Below are positions 1-8,823 of a DNA stretch of 64,000 nt, in pieces. How positions within the stretch are numbered: position 1 is the stretch's first letter; the number at the start of each line of letters is the position of its first letter. Location of the stretch: the IMG/VR virus record IMGVR_UViG_3300037067_009225, positions 32,001 through 96,000 of that record, one strand, 5' to 3'. Below the pieces are notes generated by a model. The model was not told where the DNA came from and ran no database searches. It saw nothing but the letters and a program-made list of their open reading frames with translations. Source of the DNA: a virus. Lineage: Duplodnaviria > Caudoviricetes. Made by a program: the position numbers and the translations under genes.

Positions 1-47
1 AAACAAGAAAAGAAAAAATAGAATCAATTTTCAATTAAAATTAAAAA

Positions 48-473
48 ATGAGAAAAGTTTTAGAAAATATTAAAGATGATATAGTTTTTTATTTAAAAGA
101 AAAAAAATTAAATATATCTGACAATGATTTAATTTCGGAACATTTTGGAAAATTATTATTCAAAAATAATTTAAATCACACTATAGAAATAGCTTTTCAT
201 CCAGCAATAACTAAATATAACATAGAAGATATATTTAAAAAAATTGAAAATAAATATTTACATTACATATTAAAAATAAACATGATTAATAAAAACAACA
301 ATAATTATTATAGTCTTATAAGAATTAAAATAACTTTAAGAACTAAACAAGAAATAAGGAAATCAAAAATAAAAGATATATTAAATATAGATGATAATTT
401 AAATATAAGAAAAGAATATAATGATTCAGATTTAGAAAAAGTAATTAAATTCCAGCCAATAATATTAAAGTAA
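48..473 (+). CDS. Hypothetical protein with RxxK tag (IRKSKIKDIL); probable paralog of 3025 and 3389
   Basis: ORF; similar NI..(x)n..I.I..(H/L)P pattern; tag near the C-terminus. Confidence 0.75.
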   Translation: MRKVLENIKDDIVFYLKEKKLNISDNDLISEHFGKLLFKNNLNHTIEIAFHPAITKYNIEDIFKKIENKYLHYILKINMINKNNNNYYSLIRIKITLRTKQEIRKSKIKDILNIDDNLNIRKEYNDSDLEKVIKFQPIILK

Positions 474-476
474 AAT

Positions 477-815
477 ATGAGAAAAATAACAACAGGTATA
501 GATTCAGAATTATTAGATGTAATAAAAAATTCTAACATAATTTATGTTTCAGATTTCTATGGTATTAGAATATTAGTTTTAAATAATGGAACAAATTCTA
601 ATTATTTTCAACTAAATCTTAATTGTTCAGATAGATTATATGATTTGTGTTTAAAAAACAATATAAATATTATAGCAAGAGAAAATCGTGACAATAAAAA
701 TACATATATGTTTTATCGTATATTAAACTCTAAATATAGTGAGTATATAAATTTTAATGATGAAAAAGTTTTAAAAAATTATATTAGAGAACAAAAAATA
801 AAATCTATAATCTAA
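477..815 (+). CDS. Hypothetical protein, C-terminal RxxK tag (IREQKIKSII*)
   Basis: ORF in a tightly packed operon. Confidence 0.75.
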   Translation: MRKITTGIDSELLDVIKNSNIIYVSDFYGIRILVLNNGTNSNYFQLNLNCSDRLYDLCLKNNINIIARENRDNKNTYMFYRILNSKYSEYINFNDEKVLKNYIREQKIKSII

Positions 816-1201
816 TGAATGATGAATATAATGATTTAGATGAAGCTATAAATGATGCTATATTTGAAAAAGAAATTAACGAAAAAATAACATATAATGA
901 AATTTATTTCTTAAAAATATCAAATATAACATTTTTAGTTTTTAATTATACTAGTATTTTTCATTATTATAAAAAAGAATTTTTAGAAAATTTTTTTATT
1001 TATTTATATAATAAGAAAAAAATTAATTACATATTAATTAAACAAACTTATGGTGATATAAGTGGTGTACACGAAAAATTTGATTTATGTACGATATCAT
1101 CATCAGGTAAATTTAATAAAATAAAAAGAAATTTAAATAATATTAATAATATTAATTCAATTATAAGAACTTACAAATTAAAAGAAATAGCTAATGAATA
1201 A
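815..1201 (+). CDS. Hypothetical protein, C-terminal RxxK tag (IRTYKLKEIANE*)
   Basis: TAATG stop/start overlap with the previous ORF. Confidence 0.75.
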   Translation: MNDEYNDLDEAINDAIFEKEINEKITYNEIYFLKISNITFLVFNYTSIFHYYKKEFLENFFIYLYNKKKINYILIKQTYGDISGVHEKFDLCTISSSGKFNKIKRNLNNINNINSIIRTYKLKEIANE

Positions 1202-1529
1202 TTATGATGATTTATTAATAGAGTGTGGTTGTAATATAAGAAAATATAATGGTATTAAAATACTTTATATTAACAACAATGATGTAAAAATACCAAAAGA
1301 ACAATATGATAAATTTTATGCGAATGGGTTTCGTTTAATATGCCAAGAAACTTTTAATACAAAATATTTTGGATTTGAAATTAACACTGAAGTTTTAGGT
1401 CAACATGTTTTTCATTATATTAGACCTGATGGTATAGCAGAATTAGTAATTATTAAAAATGATTTAGATTTAAATAAATTTATTAGAAAATTAAAAATGG
1501 TAGATATATTAAAAATAAAAACCACTTGA
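1194..1529 (+). CDS. Hypothetical protein, C-terminal RxxK tag (IRKLKMVDIL); related to 477..815
   Basis: Shared (F/Y).GI(R/K)IL..NN segment with 477..815. Confidence 0.75.
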   Translation: MNNYDDLLIECGCNIRKYNGIKILYINNNDVKIPKEQYDKFYANGFRLICQETFNTKYFGFEINTEVLGQHVFHYIRPDGIAELVIIKNDLDLNKFIRKLKMVDILKIKTT

Positions 1530-1543
1530 TTAGAATGGTTTTT
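1517..1543. terminator. Probable bidirectional intrinsic terminator
   Basis: AAAAACCA...TGGTTTTT inverted repeat between convergent genes. Confidence 0.5.
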
Positions 1544-1548
1544 TATTT

Positions 1549-1956
1549 TTATTCGATGTATAATTTACCATCATCACCAAGATAAACATATTTTTCTTTA
1601 AATTCATGACAAATTTTTGTTACAATTTCACCTATTTCTTCATCCAATTCTTTCATATCCCAAAAACCTGCACCATGATGATTTCTTGTTAACCAAAAAT
1701 TATGACCTATTAAATCATCTGATATATTATTTAAATATTGTCCAGCTTTTTCCATAAACATAATAATATCATTTTTTGATTCTTCAATAGATTTTTCAGA
1801 AAAATCAGTACTTGATAAATCTAAATCATCATTATTATCTTTTATTTGTTCTTCTTCTGTCCAAAATGCTGCATGTAAGTAACTATCAACAATATTGTCA
1901 ATATCATGTTCAATATTGTTATTTTCAAAATCTTCAAATAATTTTAAATATTTCAT
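1549..1956 (-). CDS. Phage protein with CTS-like N-terminal leader (MKYLKLFEDFE); putative virion internal protein
   Basis: Leader motif; GHNFWLTRNHHGAGFWD core; TTAATATATA motif upstream. Confidence 0.7.
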   Translation of the reverse strand: MKYLKLFEDFENNNIEHDIDNIVDSYLHAAFWTEEEQIKDNNDDLDLSSTDFSEKSIEESKNDIIMFMEKAGQYLNNISDDLIGHNFWLTRNHHGAGFWDMKELDEEIGEIVTKICHEFKEKYVYLGDDGKLYIE

Positions 1957-2025
1957 AATTAATATTTTTTTTATTATATATTAATATTTTGAACTCAATT
2001 TTTTAATATATAGATATGTTTTCTG

Positions 2026-2092
2026 GTTTTGTTAGTTTTTAGTCTAAAAAAGGCTTAGTTGTTTTAAAAAGCAACATTAAAATTAGCAGAAC
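2026..2092 (+). promoter_or_regulatory. Candidate structured 5'-leader RNA (three-way junction)
   Basis: 2026-2039 pairs with 2079-2092 (14 bp, 3 G.U), enclosing hairpins 2041-2055 and 2058-2075. Confidence 0.45.
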
Positions 2093-2122
2093 ATAAATAA
2101 AAAATAAAGAAAGGAGATTAAA

Positions 2123-2950
2123 ATGAATGCAATTAATGTAAAAGGTACGTTCGTACCAGAAATTTTCGTTTCAAAAAACAAAAGCCGTTTAAAAATTTAC
2201 AAAGATAAAAATGTTTATCTAAAAGATGGTGATAATTTTGAAATTGAAATTTACAACAATCAATTAGAAAAAGTCGGGTTTGAAATTTTAATAAATGGTA
2301 AACTTATATCCAATTCATTAATAATATTAAGACCAGCAGAAAGAGTTTTTTTGGATCGCTTTATTGATGAAAATAAAAAATTTTTATTTGAAACATATAA
2401 AGTGGAAAACAACCAGCAAAATAAGGATATTATAAAAAATAATGGTAGAGTAACTATAAGATGTTATAAAGAAAAAGAAATAGAATCATACAAACCATTT
2501 GTTGTTTATACACCTTATTATGTTCCATATTATAAACCATATAATCCATACAATCCACATTATCCTAATATTTGGTATGAATATAATTGGATGAATAATA
2601 GTTCAGAATCTGGTATAACATACACAACAAATAATATAGGTTCAAATAATATTATAGGAACATCATATAATTCAAGTTGTAGTAATATTTCAACAACTAA
2701 TTGTACTTTTACAACCAATAGTTTAGATATTGAAACTGGTAGGATAGAAAAAGGTGAAGAGTCACAACAAAATTTTGAATATACTAATTTTGATAAAAAA
2801 TCAACACATTTCCATGAGGTTGAATATTTCATTTTTCCAGTATCTATGCAAGAAAAAACAACAGAGAATATTAGATTAAGTTGTGATTGTGGATATAGAA
2901 TAAGAAAAAATAGTTGGAAATTTTGTCCAAAATGTGGCAAAGAACTTTAA
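2123..2950 (+). CDS. Hypothetical phage protein with C-terminal zinc ribbon
   Basis: CDCG...FCPKCG at the C-terminus; Tyr/Pro-rich linker; AAGGAG at 2111-2116. Confidence 0.8.
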   Translation: MNAINVKGTFVPEIFVSKNKSRLKIYKDKNVYLKDGDNFEIEIYNNQLEKVGFEILINGKLISNSLIILRPAERVFLDRFIDENKKFLFETYKVENNQQNKDIIKNNGRVTIRCYKEKEIESYKPFVVYTPYYVPYYKPYNPYNPHYPNIWYEYNWMNNSSESGITYTTNNIGSNNIIGTSYNSSCSNISTTNCTFTTNSLDIETGRIEKGEESQQNFEYTNFDKKSTHFHEVEYFIFPVSMQEKTTENIRLSCDCGYRIRKNSWKFCPKCGKEL

Positions 2951-2953
2951 AAT

Positions 2954-2979
2954 AAAAGGTGGTTTAATAACCACCTTTT
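2954..2979 (+). terminator. Intrinsic terminator
   Basis: AAAAGGTGGTT-TAAT-AACCACCTTTT hairpin followed by a T-tract. Confidence 0.8.
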
Positions 2980-3024
2980 GTTTTTTAATAAAAAATTAAT
3001 TATATTTAAATATAAATTATCAGT

Positions 3025-3348
3025 ATGGATAATATTATAACCAAAAATATTAAAAAATTCACAGAGAATTATGTGAACACTATTCTATATAATAAAAAAG
3101 TGAAATATATTTTTTATAAAAATGATGAATGTATTGATGTCGAAATTAGTATATTACCTGAAAAATATAGGAAATATTTTATGGATTCTATTAAAACAAA
3201 ATTTAATAACTATATTAAAGATATGTATTATTCTGATTATGATAAATATGATCAATCATTATGTTTAACAATTTATTTAAAAGATAAAGTGGAATTAAGA
3301 AAAGAAATAAGAAAAGAAAAAATTAAAGATATTTTAGAAGAAAGTTAA
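3025..3348 (+). CDS. Hypothetical protein, RxxK tag (IRKEKIKDILEES*)
   Basis: Paralog of 3389..3712 (MD.II.KNI..F). Confidence 0.75.
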   Translation: MDNIITKNIKKFTENYVNTILYNKKVKYIFYKNDECIDVEISILPEKYRKYFMDSIKTKFNNYIKDMYYSDYDKYDQSLCLTIYLKDKVELRKEIRKEKIKDILEES

Positions 3349-3388
3349 AATAAATTAAACTATTTGTGTTTTTTAAGATATTAATGTT

Positions 3389-3712
3389 ATGGATGATATA
3401 ATAATTAAAAATATTGTAGATTTCGCAAATCAATGTATGAATAATGTTATAAAAAATAAAAATACATTTATCACTAATGTATGTAATATTATTGACAATA
3501 AAAAAATTGTTATTGATATACATCCAGAAGTACAAACAAAATATTTCAACCTTATTGTTAATGCTATAAAAAAAGAATTTAAAGAACATGTGGATAATGT
3601 ATATTTATCATATGATAGTAAATATGAATTTTTTATTAATATAACATTAAAAGAAATAAAAAAAACAAGACTTGAAAAAATTAATAAAATTTTTGATGAT
3701 GGGAACATATGA
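3389..3712 (+). CDS. Hypothetical protein, RxxK tag (TRLEKINKIF)
   Basis: Paralog of 3025..3348. Confidence 0.75.
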   Translation: MDDIIIKNIVDFANQCMNNVIKNKNTFITNVCNIIDNKKIVIDIHPEVQTKYFNLIVNAIKKEFKEHVDNVYLSYDSKYEFFINITLKEIKKTRLEKINKIFDDGNI

Positions 3713-4151
3713 TGAATTAAATGGTGATTTGATATTTTTAGCTAAACTTGGTCAATTTGATGTTATAGCTCATGGTTGTAATTGTTTTTGTGCAATGGGA
3801 GCTGGTATAGCTAAACAAATAAAAAAAGAATTTGATGATGCTTATTTAATGGATTGTCAAACAAAAAAAGGAGATTATAATAAACTTGGTAATTATACTA
3901 AAGCATATCAACATGGTGTTTGGATATATAATTTATACATACAATATGAATATGGTACTGATAAAATTCAAATAGATTATGAATCTTTAACACTTTGTTT
4001 AAGAAAATTAAATAGAGAATGTAAAGGAAAAACAATTGGTCTACCTTTAATTGGTTGTGGTTATGCTGGTGGAGATTGGGAAAAAGTTAAACAAATAATT
4101 AAAAAAGAACTATATAACATGAATGTAAAAATAATTTTTTATAAAAAATGA
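3696..4151 (+). CDS. Macro domain protein (ADP-ribose binding/hydrolase)
   Basis: GDL..., IAHGCNCFCAMGAGIAKQI and PLIGCGYAGGDW macrodomain motifs; start moved to the first ATG. Confidence 0.9.
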   Translation: MMGTYDELNGDLIFLAKLGQFDVIAHGCNCFCAMGAGIAKQIKKEFDDAYLMDCQTKKGDYNKLGNYTKAYQHGVWIYNLYIQYEYGTDKIQIDYESLTLCLRKLNRECKGKTIGLPLIGCGYAGGDWEKVKQIIKKELYNMNVKIIFYKK

Positions 4152-4504
4152 ATAGAATTACAATAATATATGATAAATCTGAATATGAATTTGAACTTTT
4201 AGAATATCAAGTTAATAGAAATATGAGGGTATTTACAAATTTAATTGAATTAAATATTAAAATATATATTAATAATATTAATTTTTTTACGAATATTAGA
4301 AATTCATATTTAAAATTTTCTTGTAAAATCTTAGGTTCTGGTTTTCATGGGTGTTATATCAATGATATTGATGTCGATCATACTTCTTCTACTATGACAA
4401 TAAATATTAAACCAGATTATTTTGTTCTTAGAGAAGAATCAAAACCTGAAATTAGATTAAAAAAAATAAAAGAAATATTCAATGAAGGTTTTGATACACA
4501 CTAA
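4148..4504 (+). CDS. Hypothetical protein, RxxK tag (IRLKKIKEIF)
   Basis: ATGA-type overlap; tag. Confidence 0.7.
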   Translation: MNRITIIYDKSEYEFELLEYQVNRNMRVFTNLIELNIKIYINNINFFTNIRNSYLKFSCKILGSGFHGCYINDIDVDHTSSTMTINIKPDYFVLREESKPEIRLKKIKEIFNEGFDTH

Positions 4505-4874
4505 AAAATGGACATATCCATTTGAATTATATTCTGTATCAACACCAGTTGAAACTAATAATACATCTACACATAATAAACCAGAATATAAAATATATTT
4601 AGAAATAGAAAAAAATAATGTTAATTATACTTTATTAATTACTTTTCTAAAAGATATAAATCATAATATTTTTTCAGATACTTATTTATGTGATTTTATT
4701 ATGGATAATGGTAACAAAGTGTGTGTCAACAATTGTAAAATAGGTGTTAATAATTATTATGAAATAGATAAATATTATCAAGTGTTAATAATAACAACAC
4801 AGAAAGTTGAACTTTTTTCAATTAAAAAAATAAGATTCAAAAAATTAAAACAAATATTTAATATGATGACATAA
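4482..4874 (+). CDS. Hypothetical protein, RxxK tag (IRFKKLKQIF)
   Basis: ORF; tag. Confidence 0.7.
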   Translation: MKVLIHTKKWTYPFELYSVSTPVETNNTSTHNKPEYKIYLEIEKNNVNYTLLITFLKDINHNIFSDTYLCDFIMDNGNKVCVNNCKIGVNNYYEIDKYYQVLIITTQKVELFSIKKIRFKKLKQIFNMMT

Positions 4875-4955
4875 TGTCATGATTAAAAATTTGGTATAAT
4901 ATATGTATATAAATATGTAAATATATAAATATAAACAAAAATTAAATTAAAAATT

Positions 4956-5312
4956 ATGGAAAAATTAACAAAAGAAACATTTATTGAAAAAATTTTTGAT
5001 TTTGAAAATAACAAAGATTGGAAATTTAAAGGAAATAAACCAGCAATTATTGATTGTTTTGCCGATTGGTGTGGCCCTTGCAAATCACTTGAACCTATAT
5101 TTGAACAATTATCAAAAGAATATGAAGGTAAGATTGATTTTTATAAAATAGACACCGAAGAAGAAACAGAATTGGCACAATTATTTCAGATAAGAAGTAT
5201 ACCATCAATATTTTTTATACCATCAAATAATGATACACCTCAATTAGCAGTTGGTGCTATGTCAAAAGCTAAATTTGAAGAAATTATTAAGAGTGTATTA
5301 AACGTAGAATAA
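4956..5312 (+). CDS. trxA: Thioredoxin (Bacteroidota-type)
   Basis: WCGPC active site, IRSIP cis-Pro loop; N-terminal LTKETF.EKIFDF...W.F.G.KP typical of Bacteroidota thioredoxins. Confidence 0.95.
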   Translation: MEKLTKETFIEKIFDFENNKDWKFKGNKPAIIDCFADWCGPCKSLEPIFEQLSKEYEGKIDFYKIDTEEETELAQLFQIRSIPSIFFIPSNNDTPQLAVGAMSKAKFEEIIKSVLNVE

Positions 5313-5333
5313 AAATATTATTATAAATTTTTT

Positions 5334-5359
5334 AAAGCACATATGAAAGTATGTGCTTT
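5334..5359 (+). terminator. Intrinsic terminator, GAAA tetraloop
   Basis: AAAGCACATA-TGAAAG-TATGTGCTTT followed by a T-tract. Confidence 0.8.
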
Positions 5360-5395
5360 TTTTATTAATATATTTTTTTATACAAAAAATAATAG

Positions 5396-5403
5396 TATAT
5401 TTG
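5396..5403 (+). promoter_or_regulatory. Bacteroidota sigma70-type -7 box (TAnnTTTG), representative of at least 11 sites
   Basis: TATATTTG here; also 6986-6993(+), 8788-8795(+) and, on the minus strand, 21915-21922, 23667-23674, 26235-26242, 30033-30040, 38074-38081, 40875-40882, 42315-42322, 63385-63392, all about 15-45 nt upstream of starts. Confidence 0.7.
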
Positions 5404-5418
5404 TTAAAAATTTTTATT

Positions 5419-5940
5419 ATGGCAAAAAGTGTAAAAAATAATCAGGAAATTTCTAAATCAGAAGAAACTCTTATTACAAAAAGTAAAAATTACAATAAGA
5501 TGTTAAAAGACCTTGAATATTCTTGGAATTTTCCAGAAATGTCAGATGATGATCTTAAAAAAATTGCTAAAGATATTGTTGATAATAAAATATTTACTGA
5601 TAGGCATTGTAGTTCTAATGATATCATGAGTATTTTTATGCCTATGATGTTTATGGGGCATATTAGTTGGCCTACTGAAGATACAAGAGAAAACAAATTA
5701 ATAAAAATTTTTCTTAAAGAAAAAGAAAAAAGTTATAAAAAAAGATATAAAATTTGGCTTAACAATGTAGGTTTGGTTTATGAATATCTATCAAAAGCTG
5801 GCCCTATGGCAGTTAATGGTTGCCCGATATTTTATTCTTGTCGTTTTCTAAGTAAAGAATCAACTGAAAAAATGTTTACATATTATGATGAATATTTAAA
5901 GTTGAAAAAAGAGATTGATGAAAAGTTTAAAAACATATGA
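5419..5940 (+). CDS. Hypothetical phage protein (internal RxxK-like TRENKLIKIF)
   Basis: Start reassigned to MAKSVK, downstream of the terminator and promoter. Confidence 0.75.
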   Translation: MAKSVKNNQEISKSEETLITKSKNYNKMLKDLEYSWNFPEMSDDDLKKIAKDIVDNKIFTDRHCSSNDIMSIFMPMMFMGHISWPTEDTRENKLIKIFLKEKEKSYKKRYKIWLNNVGLVYEYLSKAGPMAVNGCPIFYSCRFLSKESTEKMFTYYDEYLKLKKEIDEKFKNI

Positions 5941-6470
5941 CACAAGAAGAAATAATATATCACAATAGAAAATTCACTTATTCTACTGGTTGGCATAGTT
6001 CAACTTCATATAAGTCTATTGGTCGTATATTAAATTGGTTAGAAGTTGTTGGTACATATGATTTAATGGAAAAATCAGTAATTGGTACTGGTTATATATC
6101 TTATTGTAAAGAAAAGATAGCTACATATGAAATGGATGAAGATTTAATGATACCAGTATTAACAATAATTTCTGATAAATATAAAATTGTCCAAGAAACA
6201 CAAGATATTTTTATTAAACAAATAAAATCTAAGAAATATGTTGTTTTAAAACATCTATTGTTACCTGATCGTGGTTTTCGTTTTTACACTGAAAATAAAC
6301 CAATGAATAAAAGAAACGAAAATGGTGAGTTTTATATACAACCTATTTTTTGGTCTGACAATTTACAAGAAATAAATATGGTAATTAATATGCAATCTGG
6401 AATAGCAAGTTTTAATGAATTGATAAATCATTTTGATAGAATTGTTAACAAAGACAAATATTTTATATGA
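5937..6470 (+). CDS. Hypothetical protein
   Basis: ATGA-coupled ORF. Confidence 0.75.
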   Translation: MTQEEIIYHNRKFTYSTGWHSSTSYKSIGRILNWLEVVGTYDLMEKSVIGTGYISYCKEKIATYEMDEDLMIPVLTIISDKYKIVQETQDIFIKQIKSKKYVVLKHLLLPDRGFRFYTENKPMNKRNENGEFYIQPIFWSDNLQEINMVINMQSGIASFNELINHFDRIVNKDKYFI

Positions 6471-6961
6471 AAAAAGATAGAAAAATATACTCAATAGAAA
6501 AAATAAGTGAAGAACAGTTAAATGTTATATCAAAAGCTTTAGATGTTTATACCAGATTAGGTTTACTTCAATTAAATAATGCAATAATAGAAGATTTAGT
6601 TTACGATAAAGATTTCAATTATCTTGAAGTAAGAGATGAAGTTGATTATCATTTAAATCAAATTAAAAAATTAATATCTAAATGTAGTGTTAAAGAGAAT
6701 ATTAGAAAATTGTCTGATTATGGTGATAATTGGTCTTTTGGTGTAACTATTGAATTTATTCCAGATAGTTGTAAAAGAGCTTATGAAATTCATAAAACCA
6801 TTTCACATAAAAAATGGAAAGATGATAATTTAGCAAAAGAAATAAAATCTTATTCTGTTCATTCAGATGAAGGTTTGAATTTATTAAATGAAAATAAAGT
6901 TGTTGTTAAATCAGAACAAGAAAGAATTATTAAAATAAAAGATATTTTATCTGATGAATAA
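6467..6961 (+). CDS. Hypothetical protein, RxxK tag (ERIIKIKDILSDE*)
   Basis: ATGA-coupled ORF; tag. Confidence 0.75.
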   Translation: MKKDRKIYSIEKISEEQLNVISKALDVYTRLGLLQLNNAIIEDLVYDKDFNYLEVRDEVDYHLNQIKKLISKCSVKENIRKLSDYGDNWSFGVTIEFIPDSCKRAYEIHKTISHKKWKDDNLAKEIKSYSVHSDEGLNLLNENKVVVKSEQERIIKIKDILSDE

Positions 6962-7011
6962 TTTTTTTATTATAAATAATATTAATATATTTGCAAAATA
7001 AAATAAACAAT

Positions 7012-8703
7012 ATGGAAAACACTGAAATGAATAAGAATTTACCCGAAAAAGTTGATAACATCTCTGAAACTAATGTTCAACCTACTGTTGAAACTACAAA
7101 AGAAAAAAGAAATATAGTAGTAACTATAACTGGTGAAAGAGAAATTATTCAAAGAGAAGCTATTCACCAAAAATTTGTTGATGCTAACGTAGAAATGTTG
7201 GCAACAGGTAATTTACCTTATTATGGTGAATTTAACTTATTTTTGAACTTCCATGAAGCTAATATTGGAACTTGTGGTGTTAATGTTTCAAGTAAGGGTA
7301 TGAATTTTTATTGGGATCGTTCTTTTGTTGATTCACTTGAACAAAAAGAAGCAAATTTCATTCTTATTCATGAAGATTTCCATCTTTTGTTTGATCATAT
7401 CAAACGTACTATTGGTTATGAACAAAAATTATCCAATATTGCTCAAGATATGATTATTAATCAGATTATCTATGATGATGTAATGAAATCAAGTTCATTA
7501 AAGGGATTTCTTCAAATTCCTATTAGCCACGATGAATTTATTAAATTTCCTGATGGTAATTATTTGATGGATGAAAAAGGAAATAAGGTTAAGAACCCAC
7601 ATTATGGTAAAAACACTGCTATGTTTGTACCTAAAGAATATAAAGGTAATTTGATTTTTGAAGAATTATATGAATGGTTGTTGAAAAAATATAACGATTA
7701 TAAAAATCGGCAAGGCCAAGGCCAAGGTCAGAAACAACAAGGACAAGGCCAAGGTCAGAAACAACAAGGCCAAGGACAACAACAGAAAGGCCAAGGTCAA
7801 CCACAACAAGGTCAAGGCCAAGGTGAAGGTCAAGATGGTGAACAGGGTCAGAATAGTCAACAAGGCCAAGGACAAGGTGAAGGATCACAAGACAAGAATA
7901 ATAAAAGTAACCAGAAACAAAAAGGTGGTTGTGGTGAAAAAGGTGACGAACCTGATTATGGCGATTATGGACAAAATGGTACTGAAATGTCACACCTTGA
8001 TAAAATCTTTGAAAATCTTGAACAAAGTAAAGGTCAAACTTTAGATGTCCATCTTGGTGATGAAATTCCAGAAGAATTGAGAAAAGAGATTGTAAAGGAT
8101 ATTATTGAAAATCTTAAATCACGTGGTTTAGAAAGTGGTGAAATGCAAACCATTTTGAATAAATTAAGAAAATCTAAGAAAGATTATCTTAAAGAAATCA
8201 AAAGAGCAATTGCACAAGATATTTTTGGCACATCAAAATCCAAAACTATCACTAGGCCACATCGTAGGGGTGTTGATGGTCTTAAAGGTCATCGTAAATT
8301 TAAGAATAAGATCAATTGTCTTCTTGATACATCTGGTTCTATGGGTGGTGAATTTGAAAAAGTTCTTTCATATATTTTTCAGAATGATGTTGAAATTAAT
8401 CTTATTCAGGTTGACACAAAAATACAAAGTGTTAATATTATTAAAAACAAAAAAGACCTTGAAAAGATGAAAATTAATGGTCTTGGTGGTACTGAACTTC
8501 AACCTGGATTAGATATGATTAGTGACAAGAAAAATAAACTTGATGTTTATAATACTGTCATTTTAACTGATGGTTATACAGATTCATTGAATTTCTCTGG
8601 CATTAAAGGTAAAACTTTAATATTAACTACGGCAAATAAATGTCCTTTAACACATGATAATGGTCGTGTTAAGCAAATTATAATTGATAAAGAAAAGAAT
8701 TGA
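7012..8703 (+). CDS. DUF2201-type metallopeptidase-like + VWA domain protein (MoxR partner)
   Basis: HEDFH (HExxH); Gly/Gln linker; LLDTSGSM, GGT and LTDG MIDAS motifs; adjacent AAA ATPase. Confidence 0.85.
   Translation: MENTEMNKNLPEKVDNISETNVQPTVETTKEKRNIVVTITGEREIIQREAIHQKFVDANVEMLATGNLPYYGEFNLFLNFHEANIGTCGVNVSSKGMNFYWDRSFVDSLEQKEANFILIHEDFHLLFDHIKRTIGYEQKLSNIAQDMIINQIIYDDVMKSSSLKGFLQIPISHDEFIKFPDGNYLMDEKGNKVKNPHYGKNTAMFVPKEYKGNLIFEELYEWLLKKYNDYKNRQGQGQGQKQQGQGQGQKQQGQGQQQKGQGQPQQGQGQGEGQDGEQGQNSQQGQGQGEGSQDKNNKSNQKQKGGCGEKGDEPDYGDYGQNGTEMSHLDKIFENLEQSKGQTLDVHLGDEIPEELRKEIVKDIIENLKSRGLESGEMQTILNKLRKSKKDYLKEIKRAIAQDIFGTSKSKTITRPHRRGVDGLKGHRKFKNKINCLLDTSGSMGGEFEKVLSYIFQNDVEINLIQVDTKIQSVNIIKNKKDLEKMKINGLGGTELQPGLDMISDKKNKLDVYNTVILTDGYTDSLNFSGIKGKTLILTTANKCPLTHDNGRVKQIIIDKEKN
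7711..7880 (+). repeat. Coding tandem repeat (CAAGGN)n encoding a QG-rich linker
   Basis: QGQGQGQKQQ repeated units. Confidence 0.85.
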
Positions 8704-8711
8704 TATGAAAA

Positions 8712-8735
8712 CCCACATGAAAGTGTGGGCTTTTT
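8712..8735 (+). terminator. Intrinsic terminator, GAAA tetraloop
   Basis: CCCACA-TGAAAG-TGTGGG then CTTTTT. Confidence 0.75.
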
Positions 8736-8823
8736 AATTATTTTCCAAAAAAAACTTAAATAATTTTTTTATTCCAAAAATAAATGTTAATTTTGAATTA
8801 TAAATTAAAAAACAAATAAATAT

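Noticed and set aside
7631-8470. Alternative-frame and antisense ORFs over the QG repeat (7631, 7666, 7823, 8210)
   Set aside because: Shadow ORFs produced by low-complexity coding repeats within the VWA gene.
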